From: Bacteroidales bacterium
Lineage (GTDB): Bacteria; Bacteroidota; Bacteroidia; Bacteroidales; P3
Length of the DNA stretch: 61,620 nt
Reading direction: 5' to 3'
NCBI GenBank assembly: GCA_031548675.1
Contig: JAVBQU010000068.1
Location: 1 to 61,620, forward strand
The position numbers and the translations under genes are program-made. The notes under the pieces were generated by a model. The model was given only the letters and a program-made list of their open reading frames with translations. It was not told the origin of the DNA and did not search any database. Numbering within the stretch: the stretch's first letter is position 1; each line of letters begins with the position of its first letter. Positions 27,054 through 36,781 of this stretch are shown piece by piece.

Positions 27054-27998
27054 ATGAAAGCTATCATTCCACCTGTTGAAAGAAATTTGCTGTATGCTGA
27101 ATTAACTCAAGAATATTTTTTGAGGAATAGTAATTTTGGAAATAAACAAATATATGTAGTTACAGCACAAAGCTCGCCTAATCTGATGAGAGAAATAGGC
27201 AGGCTTCGTGAAGAATGTTTTCGAATGGCTGGAGGAGGTTCGGGTGATGAGTTGGATATTGATGAATTTGATACCAAAACGCCTCCACATAATTATAAGC
27301 AATTAATTGTTTGGGATCCGGAAGATGAAGAAATTGTAGGAGGATATCGGTTTATTGAAGGAGCCAATATACTGAAAAAAGCCGATGGAGAACTAGATAG
27401 TGCTGTTGCCGAAATTTTTGATTTTTCGCAGGAATTTTGTACAAATTACCTGCCTTATATGATAGAGCTGGGACGCTCTTTTGTGCAATTGAAATACCAA
27501 CCAACGGTAAATGCCCGCAAGGGAATTTATTCATTAGATAATCTTTGGGATGGATTAGGGGCTTTGATTGTAAATATGCCTGAAATGAAATATTTTTTCG
27601 GCAAAGTAACCGTTTATCCTCAAATGGATAAGCTAGCCCGTGATATGGTATTGTATCTTTTTGAGAAACATTTTCCAGATACACAAAACTTGGTGGTTCC
27701 AAAATTTCCGGTGCAAAGTGTTGCCAGCGATGCCGAATTGCAAAAAATATTTACAGGAAGTAACTATAAAGAAGACTATCTTATCCTAAGTAAGCAAACC
27801 CGTATTTTAGATGCCCACGTTCCTCCTTTAATCAATGCTTATATGGCATTATCATCAACCATGAAATCGTTTGGAGCATCCGAAAATATACATTGGGGAG
27901 GAGTGGAAGAGATAGGAGTGATGGTTACAATACCGGATATTTACACCGAAAAGAAAGATAGACACATCAATTCTTACCAGCCTAAACAGAGTTTATAA
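27054..27998 (+). CDS. glsB: GNAT-fold N-acyltransferase (OlsB/GlsB-like, acylates an amino acid with 3-OH fatty acid)
   Basis: 314-aa ORF with 'LREECFR..GGGSGDELDIDEFD' and 'ELGRSFV', typical of the OlsB-like Acetyltransf_5 family. It is paired with the O-acyltransferase. Confidence 0.7.
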   Translation: MKAIIPPVERNLLYAELTQEYFLRNSNFGNKQIYVVTAQSSPNLMREIGRLREECFRMAGGGSGDELDIDEFDTKTPPHNYKQLIVWDPEDEEIVGGYRFIEGANILKKADGELDSAVAEIFDFSQEFCTNYLPYMIELGRSFVQLKYQPTVNARKGIYSLDNLWDGLGALIVNMPEMKYFFGKVTVYPQMDKLARDMVLYLFEKHFPDTQNLVVPKFPVQSVASDAELQKIFTGSNYKEDYLILSKQTRILDAHVPPLINAYMALSSTMKSFGASENIHWGGVEEIGVMVTIPDIYTEKKDRHINSYQPKQSL

Positions 27999-28010
27999 AT
28001 AATTAAATAA

Positions 28011-28051
28011 CAGGGTATAGTAAACAATTATGTACTATACCTTGTTTGTTT
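28011..28051 (+). terminator. Rho-independent terminator after glsB
   Basis: CAGGGTATAGTA-aacaattatg-TACTATACCTTG (one mismatch) followed by TTTGTTT. Confidence 0.7.
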
Positions 28052-28092
28052 ATACATTAACCAATATTTATTATTAACTAAAATTCAAAATT

Positions 28093-28779
28093 ATGAAAAA
28101 GTATTTGGCAGAAATGATTGGTACAATGGTGCTTGTGTTATTAGGATGCGGTAGCGCTGTGTTTGCAGGAAGCGCCCCGGGTGCTGTTGCAACAGGAGTA
28201 GGAACTCTTGGTGTGGCTTTTGCATTCGGACTAGCTGTAATCGCAATGGCTTATACCATTGGCGGCATTTCAGGCTGTCATATCAATCCGGCTATCACAT
28301 TAGGTGCTCTTATTGCAAAACGCATTAGCGGTAAAGATGCAGGCATGTACATGTTATTTCAAGTAATAGGTGCATTTATTGGTTCCGCTATTATTTATGC
28401 CTTAATAAAAACCGGAGGAAATGCAGGACCAACTATGACGGGAGCCAATGATTTTGCAGATGCAAATATCTGGCAAGCCTTTATTGCAGAAGTTGTATTT
28501 ACCTTTATTTTTGTATTGGTAGTACTTGGTTCAACAGATAGTGAAAAAGGAGCCGGAAATTTGGCTGGGTTAGCTATTGGTCTAACACTTTTCTTAATTC
28601 ACATTGTTTGTATTCCTCTAACAGGAACATCTGTAAATCCTGCTCGTAGTATTGCACCTGCAATATTCCAAGGAGGAACTGCACTTAGCCATTTGTGGTT
28701 ATTTATTGTTGCTCCGTTTATAGGAGCTATTTTATCGGCTCTAATTTGGAAAGTTTTCTCCAATAAACAGGTAGCATAA
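28093..28779 (+). CDS. aqpZ: Aquaporin Z
   Basis: 228-aa ORF with two NPA boxes ('HINPAITLG', 'SVNPARSIA') and six hydrophobic helices. Confidence 0.95.
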   Translation: MKKYLAEMIGTMVLVLLGCGSAVFAGSAPGAVATGVGTLGVAFAFGLAVIAMAYTIGGISGCHINPAITLGALIAKRISGKDAGMYMLFQVIGAFIGSAIIYALIKTGGNAGPTMTGANDFADANIWQAFIAEVVFTFIFVLVVLGSTDSEKGAGNLAGLAIGLTLFLIHIVCIPLTGTSVNPARSIAPAIFQGGTALSHLWLFIVAPFIGAILSALIWKVFSNKQVA

Positions 28780-28802
28780 AAAGAAATTTTATTTAAAAAA
28801 TG

Positions 28803-28840
28803 AAAAGCGATGCATAATAAAATTTATGTGTCGCTTTTTT
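28803..28840 (+). terminator. Rho-independent terminator after aqpZ
   Basis: AAAAGCGA..(loop)..TCGCTTTTTT with partial extra pairing (GCATAA/TTATGTG). Confidence 0.65.
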
Positions 28841-28932
28841 ATTTGATAGAAACGAGAAGGCTGAATATCTAAAATTTATAGTTGTGATATGAGTCTTTTT
28901 AAATTAGATTATCATAAATGTCAAAAAAAGCG

Positions 28933-28940
28933 TACTTTTG
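28933..28940 (+). promoter_or_regulatory. -7 promoter box TACTTTTG upstream of the MlaD-like gene
   Basis: TAnnTTTG match 21 nt upstream of ATG 28961. Confidence 0.4.
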
Positions 28941-28960
28941 TAGTTATTTTATAAGTCAAT

Positions 28961-29920
28961 ATGCCATACAAAATAAAATTTACGAGAGAAGTTAAAATAG
29001 GCGTAACAACCTTAGCCGCTATCCTAATATTATATTGGGGCTTTAACTTTCTTCAAAGTAAAGATATCTTTTCAAAAGAAACTCATTTATTTGCAGTTTA
29101 TCCAAGGATAGATGGATTGGCTGCATCGAACTATGTATATATAAATGGATTGAAAGTAGGATATATAAAAGAAGTTCAATTTGTAGATAAAGCCGGAGGC
29201 GATATTTTGGTCGAAATAGTGGTTCGGTCGAAATATAAAATTCCGAAAAATTCGGTAGCTCATATTTTTAATGATGGATTATTGGGGTCGAGGGCAATGG
29301 AAATCGTAATTGGTAATTCGTTGGCATATGCAGAAAATGGAGATTATATTAGTATAGATTATGAAAACAGCTTTAAAGATGAATTAATTACGCAGTTAAC
29401 ACCCATTAAAACCAAAGCTGATAAACTGCTTTCCAACACAGATTCATTAATTGCATCTATGCATTTAATTTTTAATCAACAAACACAGAATAACCTGATT
29501 GCAACTTTTGAAAATATCAAACATATAAGCCAAGATTTGAAAGGAACTGCATCTTCACTCAACGGCATGTTGCAAAGCGAAGATGTAAGAATTAAGACTA
29601 TCCTTAAAAATATAGAAAATTTATCAGCTTCACTTAATCAAAGTAGTCCCAAAATAGAAAGAGCGATTAAAAATTTTGCATCTATAAGCGACACTCTTGC
29701 AAAAGCTGATATAGGAAGAACTTTAGCCCAATTGGAAGGCTCCGCAGCTAAAATGAATACAATTCTTTCTAAAATAGAACGAGGAGAAGGTTCTGCGGGT
29801 TTATTGCTTACCAATGATTCTTTGTATGTAAATATGAAAAATATGACAGAAAATATGAATACTTTGATTATGAAGATTTCTGAAAATCCGAAAAAGAATC
29901 TCAAAATATCAGTGTTTTAG
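28961..29920 (+). CDS. MlaD/MCE-domain protein (lipid-trafficking ABC system periplasmic component)
   Basis: 319-aa ORF with an N-terminal anchor 'VKIGVTTLAAILILYWGF'. The MCE-like core carries 'GLAASNYVYINGLKVGYIKEV', followed by a helical C-terminus. Confidence 0.8.
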   Translation: MPYKIKFTREVKIGVTTLAAILILYWGFNFLQSKDIFSKETHLFAVYPRIDGLAASNYVYINGLKVGYIKEVQFVDKAGGDILVEIVVRSKYKIPKNSVAHIFNDGLLGSRAMEIVIGNSLAYAENGDYISIDYENSFKDELITQLTPIKTKADKLLSNTDSLIASMHLIFNQQTQNNLIATFENIKHISQDLKGTASSLNGMLQSEDVRIKTILKNIENLSASLNQSSPKIERAIKNFASISDTLAKADIGRTLAQLEGSAAKMNTILSKIERGEGSAGLLLTNDSLYVNMKNMTENMNTLIMKISENPKKNLKISVF

Positions 29921-30148
29921 TTTCTGTATGTAAGCCATTTATTGGTTAGAGGGGAATAATTGAACAAAGCTTTGTGAAGTAGAAAAAGTTAAAATAGAGT
30001 TTTAGTAACCAGAAAATGAAACCCGATTGATAAAATCAAAGTATAATATTATTGCAAAAAATTAATTCAGAACAAAGATATATTGAAAATGTTTGTAGGA
30101 ATAAATTTTTTTGTGTAATATTGTAAGCTAAAATAATACCGATAATAC

Positions 30149-31153
30149 ATGAAGCAGAATTGTATTAAGTTATTGAGAAAGTGCGTATTGCTTTTTAGCA
30201 TTTGTTTTATGCTTGTACCTGATATGCAAGCACAAGACCCCCATTTTTCTCAGTTTTATGCTAATCCGTTATATCTGAACCCTGCTTTAGCCGGTTCGGT
30301 TATTTGCCCAAGAGTAACAGCAAATTATAGAAATCAATGGCCCTCGTTGCCTGGAAACTATGTTACTTATAATGCTGCTTATGACCAGTATTTCCCTGGT
30401 ATTTCAGGAGGAATCGGAGTTTTAGCAACCTCAGATAGAATAGGAAGCGGAGCTATATTAAGTAATTCCTTTTCTGCCATGTATTCTTTTAAAATGGATG
30501 TTACCCGCGATTTTTCAATTCGTGCAGCATTACAGGCAGGAATTACTAATCGTCGTTTAGATTTTGATAACTTGATTTTTGGAGATCAAATTGATCCCAT
30601 TTTAGGATATATTCGTCCATCGGAAGTGCAATGGACAGGAAGAGAAAACAAGACGTTTTTAGATTTTTCTACCGGTTTTATGGGGTATTCCGACAATTTT
30701 TATTTTGGATTTGCAGTACACCATGTAACGCAACCGGATGAAGGATTTATTAATGTAGCTAAACTTCCATTTAAATTTACCGGACATGCCGGAACTGTTA
30801 TCAATTTAAGAGAACCCGGAAGAGGGGGCAGATCAAAAACAGATCCAACGCTTTCTCCCAATATTTTATACATGCAGCAATTAAATTTTCATGAGTTGAA
30901 TTATGGATTCTATTTTAACTTATATCCTTTTGTTGCCGGAATGTGGTTCCGTCAGAATTTCGAAAATCCCGATGCATTGATTTTCCTTTTAGGAATGGAG
31001 TATAACAGCTTTAAATTTGCATACAGCTATGATTTAACTGTTTCTAAATTGGCTAATTCAACAGGCGGAGCACATGAACTTTCGTTGGGCTATGTTTTCA
31101 ATTGTCCGCAAAAGAAAACAAAAATACGTCCGATTTTGTGTCCTGTATTCTAA
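30149..31153 (+). CDS. PorP/SprF family type IX secretion system outer-membrane protein
   Basis: 334-aa ORF with a signal peptide, then the hallmark 'QDPHFSQFYANPLYLNPALAG' and a beta-barrel-like remainder. Confidence 0.9.
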   Translation: MKQNCIKLLRKCVLLFSICFMLVPDMQAQDPHFSQFYANPLYLNPALAGSVICPRVTANYRNQWPSLPGNYVTYNAAYDQYFPGISGGIGVLATSDRIGSGAILSNSFSAMYSFKMDVTRDFSIRAALQAGITNRRLDFDNLIFGDQIDPILGYIRPSEVQWTGRENKTFLDFSTGFMGYSDNFYFGFAVHHVTQPDEGFINVAKLPFKFTGHAGTVINLREPGRGGRSKTDPTLSPNILYMQQLNFHELNYGFYFNLYPFVAGMWFRQNFENPDALIFLLGMEYNSFKFAYSYDLTVSKLANSTGGAHELSLGYVFNCPQKKTKIRPILCPVF

Positions 31154-31196
31154 TTATTAAAAAAGAAAATATTTATATACTAAATCAACATAAAGT

Positions 31197-32708
31197 ATGA
31201 AATCATTTGCCAAGCGTTTTGCAAGTTTATCTTTAGGTGCAGCTATGCTTTTAGGAGTTGTATCGTGCAAAAATCAAGGTTCGTCTAATACTACAGGATG
31301 GAATTATAACGATCCTGACTGGGGAGGATTTGAAGTAGCAGATTTTGAAGAGCAAGCAACAGGTCCCGGCTTAGTTTTTGTAGAAGGCGGAACTTTTACT
31401 ATGGGACGTACAGAACAAGATACACGTTACGACTGGGACAACCAACCCCGTCGTGTTACCGTATCTTCTTTCTATATGGATGAAACAGAAGTAAGAAATG
31501 TTGACTACCGCGAATATTTGAACCATTTGAAAAATGCTTATGGTGATGATTTTCCGGAATATGTAAGGAATGCCCATCCGGATGAATATGTATGGAGAGA
31601 TAAACTTTCATATAATGACAGATTAGCAGAAAACTATTTCCGCTATCCTGCCTTTGATAACTATCCTGTGGTAGGGGTAACTTGGTTGCAAGCAGCTCAA
31701 TACTGTACATGGAGAACAGATAGAGTAAATGAAAAAATATTAATAGATCGTGGAATTTTGCTTCCTAATCAAGAAGATCAATCAGGATCCAATGTTTTTA
31801 CAACCGATGCTTATCTGGCGGGACAATATGAAGGTCTTGTAAACGAAAATTTAACAGATTTAAGTCCTAGAAACCAAGGAGGAGAAAGAAAGGTACGCAT
31901 GGAAGATGGTATTTTCTTATCTAAGTACCGACTTCCGACCGAAGCCGAGTGGGAGTTTGCTGCATTATCGTTAGTAGGTAATACATTGGATGAAAGAGTA
32001 GTTGTAAGAAAAAATTATCCATGGAATGGCAGCATAACCCGTTCAAATGCGAATAAACATGTAGGCGAATTTAATGCCAACTTTAGAAGAGGAAAAGGAG
32101 ATTATATGGGTGTTGCCGGTTCGTTGAATGATAAATATGAATACACTTCGCCGGTTCATGCATTCTTCCCTAATGATTATGGATTGTATGATATGGGTGG
32201 AAACGTAAGCGAATGGGTAGCAGATGTTTACAGACCTTTGTCAAGCCAAGATAATACTGACTTAAACCCATTTAGAGGGAATGTTTATAAAACCAAAGTA
32301 TTGGATGAAGATGGTAACATTGCTGAAAAAGATGAGATGGGCCGCATAACCTATAGAGATGTAAGTGTTGAAGAAAATGTTCAAAGAAGAAATTACAAAC
32401 AGGCAAACAATATTAACTATTTAGATGGTGATTATGCTTCTGTAATTCCTGCTCAAACTCCCGGTGCCGATGGCGATGTAGAAACTTGGCTTTCAATATC
32501 AAAATCAGACCCATCAACTACAACAGTAAAAATGTACGAATATGGTGCTACTTCAATGATAAACGACCATGCCCGTGTATATAAAGGAGCTTCATGGAAA
32601 GATGGTGCTTATTGGGTAAGCCCGGGAAACAGACGTTTCTTAGAAGAAGACCAAAGAGCAGCGTGGATTGGATTCCGTTGTGCAATGGATCGCTTAGGAT
32701 CTCAATAA
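31197..32708 (+). CDS. gldJ: Gliding-motility lipoprotein GldJ (FGE-sulfatase/SUMF1-like fold)
   Basis: 503-aa ORF with lipoprotein signal 'LLGVVSCKNQ', plus 'FVEGGTFTMGR', 'YPVVGVTWLQAAQYCTWR', 'YRLPTEAEWEFAA' and 'GFRCAM'. It lies directly between a porP/sprF gene and murF. Confidence 0.85.
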   Translation: MKSFAKRFASLSLGAAMLLGVVSCKNQGSSNTTGWNYNDPDWGGFEVADFEEQATGPGLVFVEGGTFTMGRTEQDTRYDWDNQPRRVTVSSFYMDETEVRNVDYREYLNHLKNAYGDDFPEYVRNAHPDEYVWRDKLSYNDRLAENYFRYPAFDNYPVVGVTWLQAAQYCTWRTDRVNEKILIDRGILLPNQEDQSGSNVFTTDAYLAGQYEGLVNENLTDLSPRNQGGERKVRMEDGIFLSKYRLPTEAEWEFAALSLVGNTLDERVVVRKNYPWNGSITRSNANKHVGEFNANFRRGKGDYMGVAGSLNDKYEYTSPVHAFFPNDYGLYDMGGNVSEWVADVYRPLSSQDNTDLNPFRGNVYKTKVLDEDGNIAEKDEMGRITYRDVSVEENVQRRNYKQANNINYLDGDYASVIPAQTPGADGDVETWLSISKSDPSTTTVKMYEYGATSMINDHARVYKGASWKDGAYWVSPGNRRFLEEDQRAAWIGFRCAMDRLGSQ

Positions 32709-32727
32709 TATTAAAATTATTTATTTC

Positions 32728-32774
32728 AAACTGTCTAAAGAGCATTTTTCTTAGCTTTTTAGACAGTTTTTTTT
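32728..32774 (+). terminator. Rho-independent terminator after gldJ
   Basis: AAACTGTCTAAA..(18-nt loop)..TTTAGACAGTTT followed by a T8 run. Confidence 0.75.
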
Positions 32775-32792
32775 ACCTAAAAATTATTGAAA

Positions 32793-34079
32793 ATGCTATT
32801 AGAAAATATTTATTCTATTTATAAAGAACATCCTGTTATAACTACCGATTCTAGGAATATTATTCAGAATTCCATTTTTTTTGCCCTTAAAGGTGAAAAT
32901 TTTAATGGAAATGCATATTCCGCTTCTGCATTGGAGCAGGGAGCAAGTTATGCAGTTATTGATGAAGAAAAATATAAAATTAATGACCGTTATATTTTAG
33001 TTGATAATGTATTAGAAACTTTACAGGCACTGGCAAGCCTGCACCGCGATAACTTATCTATTCCGATTATAGGAATTACAGGAACTAATGGAAAAACAAC
33101 GACCAAGGAATTACTACATGCCGTATTGTCCCAAAAATATAAATGCTACGCTACCAAAGGCAATTTGAATAATCATATTGGAGTTCCTCTTACAATTTTA
33201 TCCATTCCTCAAGATACCGAAATAGCTATTATTGAAATGGGAGCTAATGCTCTTGGAGAGATAGCTGCATTATGCCATATTGCCAAACCTGCTTATGGTA
33301 TTATTACAAATATAGGGAAGGCTCATTTGCAGGGATTTGGAAGTATTGAAGGGGTTATGAAAACAAAACAGGAGCTTTATACATCGGTAGCATATCGAAA
33401 TGGAACTTTGTTTGTAAATCATGATAATGAAATTCTGAAAAGCCTTTTACCTCAAACGCCTACAATATTTTATGGCATCCAAACAGAGGCTGGATTGCAA
33501 GGTAAGGTTTTAGAATCCAATCCTTTTTTGAAATTTGCTTACACAGATAGCCAAAAAAACTATGAAATTCAGTCAAATTTAGTGGGAAGCTATAATTTGG
33601 AGAATATGCTTGCTGCTATTACAATAGGAAGATATTTTGGAGTAAGTCATGATCAAATTGAATGTGCTTTAACAAATTACAGCCCGACTAATAATCGTTC
33701 ACAAGAAATAAGAACGGCAAAGAATCAAATTATCATGGATGCTTATAATGCAAATCCTTCGAGTATGGCTTTGGCTATTCAAAATTTTGCAGAAATGAAA
33801 TATGGTCAAAAAATGCTGATTTTAGGCGATATGCTTGAGCTCGGTGATCAAAGTGCCGCGGAACATCAAAATATTGTAGAATTGCTCAAAAAGTATGCTT
33901 TTGACAATGTTATCTTAGTAGGAGAGGAGTTTATAAAAACAAAGACTGATAATTATTTGATATTTGAAACAGCGAAAGAAGTTGTAGCATTTCTGCAAAT
34001 GAATCCGGTTAAGGAAAAAGTAATCCTAATTAAAGGTTCAAGAGGAATTAAATTGGAAACTTTATTAGATGTTTTATAA
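32793..34079 (+). CDS. murF: UDP-N-acetylmuramoyl-tripeptide--D-alanyl-D-alanine ligase MurF
   Basis: The ORF is open from TTG 32787 and the first ATG is 32793. It has 'ITGTNGKTTTKE' (P-loop), 'DAYNANPSSM' and 'ILGDMLELG'. Confidence 0.95.
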   Translation: MLLENIYSIYKEHPVITTDSRNIIQNSIFFALKGENFNGNAYSASALEQGASYAVIDEEKYKINDRYILVDNVLETLQALASLHRDNLSIPIIGITGTNGKTTTKELLHAVLSQKYKCYATKGNLNNHIGVPLTILSIPQDTEIAIIEMGANALGEIAALCHIAKPAYGIITNIGKAHLQGFGSIEGVMKTKQELYTSVAYRNGTLFVNHDNEILKSLLPQTPTIFYGIQTEAGLQGKVLESNPFLKFAYTDSQKNYEIQSNLVGSYNLENMLAAITIGRYFGVSHDQIECALTNYSPTNNRSQEIRTAKNQIIMDAYNANPSSMALAIQNFAEMKYGQKMLILGDMLELGDQSAAEHQNIVELLKKYAFDNVILVGEEFIKTKTDNYLIFETAKEVVAFLQMNPVKEKVILIKGSRGIKLETLLDVL

Positions 34080-34093
34080 ACAGTAATAGGGAT

Positions 34094-34139
34094 AAAAAAG
34101 AAAGCGATTCTTAGTTATCTAAGAATCGCTTTCTTTTTT
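34094..34139. terminator. Bidirectional rho-independent terminator between murF and the convergent coiled-coil gene
   Basis: AAAAAAGAAAGCGATTCTTAG-ttat-CTAAGAATCGCTTTCTTTTTT forms a perfect 21-bp stem that includes the A/T tails. Confidence 0.9.
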
Positions 34140-34152
34140 GAGATATGATTTT

Positions 34153-35073
34153 TTATTTCAATTCGAACGAACTTTCTCCGATAATAATACCGTCGCAATA
34201 AATGGTAACTGTATACTTTCCGGTCATTGCTCCATCAGTACCTTCGCGTTTATCCCAATAAGTACAGATATTCATATCCTTGTTTTGGTAATCAAATTCT
34301 TTTTTCATAGAATATTGTAGCTTTTCTCCTTTGTAATCAAAACTGTATTGATCTCCCTTTCCTTCGGAAACAATGGCTCCATCCGGGCGTGCTATACGGA
34401 TATAGGCAGTTCTTTTACCTGGTGCAGCTACCTTATTTTCTGATACTGTATAGCAAATATTAATACGCTCTACTTTTTTGGCTTTGTCGGTTGCTACTTC
34501 TTTTTTACCGTCATTTCGTAACCGGACTGTGGATGGACTGATATTTACAGCTTTTAGAAGCGAAGCTACATCCACCTTCTGCTGTAAAACTTCTTTTTCT
34601 TGAGTTAAAACTGTTTTTTGTTTTCTTTCTTGTACAACTTCTTCTTTAATACGTGTATTTTCGGCTGTTAGAGCAGCATTTACCGTATATAAAGAATCTA
34701 ACTTTGCAACATAACCTTGCGATATTTTGCGTAGCAAATCTAATTTCTTGCGAATCTTATAATAATCTGCTTGTGATGCAATTAAATGCTTTATTTCTTC
34801 TGCATTTGCTAAAATAACGCTATCTTTATCTGTTAATTGATTTTTCAAATCGCCATATTCGGATTTGATTTTTTCGTGCTCTGCTAATAAAGTATTTAAT
34901 TCGCTTTGCAAATCTCCGGCTTTATTTACAAAAACTTCTTTTTCTTTAATTACTGTGCGGACATTCACTGCAAAATAAATGGTACTTCCAGCAAGCAAAA
35001 TACACAAAATCAATAATATTATATTAACTTTGCTGCTCTTTTTACGATTGTTATTTTCTTCGTAGCTTGTCAT
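34153..35073 (-). CDS. Hypothetical membrane-anchored coiled-coil protein with a C-terminal beta-rich domain
   Basis: 306-aa ORF with one N-terminal TM ('VNIILLILCILLAGSTIYFAV'). About 140 aa of heptad-like sequence rich in E/K/L/Q follow, then a ~120-aa C-terminal domain. I recognised no family. Confidence 0.7.
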   Translation of the reverse strand: MTSYEENNNRKKSSKVNIILLILCILLAGSTIYFAVNVRTVIKEKEVFVNKAGDLQSELNTLLAEHEKIKSEYGDLKNQLTDKDSVILANAEEIKHLIASQADYYKIRKKLDLLRKISQGYVAKLDSLYTVNAALTAENTRIKEEVVQERKQKTVLTQEKEVLQQKVDVASLLKAVNISPSTVRLRNDGKKEVATDKAKKVERINICYTVSENKVAAPGKRTAYIRIARPDGAIVSEGKGDQYSFDYKGEKLQYSMKKEFDYQNKDMNICTYWDKREGTDGAMTGKYTVTIYCDGIIIGESSFELK

Positions 35074-35244
35074 GTAAATGAATTTTATATTGATATTTAA
35101 AAAGCAAAATTAAGTAAATTACCTGAAATAGCCATAACAATGAGGACTATAGGATGTAAAATCTTTATTAGATTTAGTAAGCTTTATTGTAATAACGGAA
35201 AAACATATAGAATGTTGCATAAATCTTTTACATTTTAATTGGCT

Positions 35245-35937
35245 ATGAGAAGCTTTATCTCTGATTTTTTCCATCTTATTTACCCTGATATTTGCTTAGG
35301 ATGTAGCAGAAGTCTTATTAAAAATGAACATATTCTATGCAGCCATTGTGTATTACAGTTTCCTAAAACAGCTTTTGAATTCGATGATAAAAATTCTGTA
35401 TTTGAATTATTTAAAGGAAGAATTTCGCTTGAAACTGCTTATGCTCTTGCTTATTTTACAAAAGGAGAGATTTTACAGTCGCTTTTACATCAATTAAAAT
35501 ATAAAGGGAAAAAGGAAATAGGAGTCTATTTGGGAGAATTATCAGCTAAAGATTTTGTAAATCAGAAAAATACGCCATCAATTGATTTGATTATCCCTGT
35601 TCCTATTCATGCTAAGAAATTAAAAATAAGAGGATATAATCAGAGTGAAATGATTGTACGAGGTTTTTCTAATATAGCCAAAATTCCAACTGATACGCAG
35701 TCTCTAGTAAGGAAGACAGCCTCTGATAGCCAGACAAAAAAGAAAAGATGGAATCGTTGGGAAAATGTTCAGGAGGTATTTCATGTTCAACATCCTGAAA
35801 ATATAGCTCATAAGCATGTGCTGCTTGTAGATGATGTGATAACAACGGGAGCGACTTTAGAATCTTGCGCTCAAGAATTACTTAAGGTAGAAGGTTGTAG
35901 GGTAAGTATTGCGGGTGTTGCTTTTGCCGGACATTAA
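35245..35937 (+). CDS. comF: ComF-family phosphoribosyltransferase-domain protein
   Basis: The ORF is open from TTG 35239 and the first ATG is 35245. The N-terminus carries Cys pairs 'CLGC..CSHC', and the C-terminus carries the PRTase motif 'VLLVDDVITTGATL'. Confidence 0.85.
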   Translation: MRSFISDFFHLIYPDICLGCSRSLIKNEHILCSHCVLQFPKTAFEFDDKNSVFELFKGRISLETAYALAYFTKGEILQSLLHQLKYKGKKEIGVYLGELSAKDFVNQKNTPSIDLIIPVPIHAKKLKIRGYNQSEMIVRGFSNIAKIPTDTQSLVRKTASDSQTKKKRWNRWENVQEVFHVQHPENIAHKHVLLVDDVITTGATLESCAQELLKVEGCRVSIAGVAFAGH

Positions 35938-35960
35938 TTTTGATGAGAATTTTTATGTAT

Positions 35961-36701
35961 CTATTCAAATGAGGATACTGTTAATTCTTTGCCGTCAAAC
36001 ACAGCAAAGAGATGCTTATTTATCCATTCTCCTAAGTTAATATAACGGGTTTTTTCCAGCAATATATCAGCAGGCAGATGTCTATGCCCTAAAATAATGT
36101 AGTCAACAGGATTTTTTTTGATAAATTCTTTGGCAAAAACGATTAATCGTTCGTTTTCTTCTCCTAAAAATATTTCGTCGCTATTACCATTAGCAAGTCT
36201 GCTGCTTTTTGATACATATTGGGCGATGCTGCTTCCTATGTAAGGATGGAGGAATGCAAAAATCTTTTGATTTATTTTTCGTGAATATATCCATTTAATA
36301 AGGTGATATTTTTTATCTCCGGGTCCTAGTCCATCTCCATGCCCGAGAAAGAATTTTTTTCCATTAAATTCTTCAACAACAGGTTTTCTATAAATTTTAA
36401 AATTCATTTCCTGTTCAAAATAATCAAAAACCCACATGTCGTGGTTACCGGTAAAATAACGAATTTCAGTCCCTGTATCAGATAATTCGGCTAATTTTCC
36501 GAGCAGACGGATGTAGCCTTTGGGGACTACATGTTTATATTCAAACCAAAAATCAAAAATATCGCCTAAGAGAAATAAAATTTTAGCATCTGCCTTAATG
36601 GAATCCAGCCACCGGACAAATGTTTTTTCTCGCTCGAGACTGCTCATTTTGTCAGGAACTCCAAAATGACAGTCTGATACAAAATAGATTTTATCCTTCA
36701 T
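35961..36701 (-). CDS. lpxH: UDP-2,3-diacylglucosamine diphosphatase LpxH
   Basis: Calcineurin-like metallophosphoesterase motifs 'YFVSDCHFG', 'LGDIFDFW', 'GNHD' and 'GHGD'. I start at ATG 36701 because the longer ORF (36746) would run through the upstream gene's terminator hairpin. Confidence 0.85.
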   Translation of the reverse strand: MKDKIYFVSDCHFGVPDKMSSLEREKTFVRWLDSIKADAKILFLLGDIFDFWFEYKHVVPKGYIRLLGKLAELSDTGTEIRYFTGNHDMWVFDYFEQEMNFKIYRKPVVEEFNGKKFFLGHGDGLGPGDKKYHLIKWIYSRKINQKIFAFLHPYIGSSIAQYVSKSSRLANGNSDEIFLGEENERLIVFAKEFIKKNPVDYIILGHRHLPADILLEKTRYINLGEWINKHLFAVFDGKELTVSSFE

Positions 36702-36725
36702 AAATAATATTTGTTTTTTTAATAT

Positions 36726-36758
36726 AAAAAATCCCTGACCATTCAATCAGGGATTTTT
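36726..36758 (-). terminator. Rho-independent terminator after the M16 peptidase gene
   Basis: AAAAAATCCCTGA-ccattcaa-TCAGGGATTTTT. On the minus strand the stem is followed by a T run. Confidence 0.8.
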
Positions 36759-36781
36759 CTATTTTAACAAGGGTTTAAGCC

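Noticed and set aside
36702-36746. Longer LpxH ORF starting at 36746, and similarly the methyltransferase ORF starting at 42296
   Set aside because: The extensions run through the upstream terminator hairpin (36726-36758) or through the gene's own -7 box (42286-42293). Internal ATGs give homolog-like N-termini.
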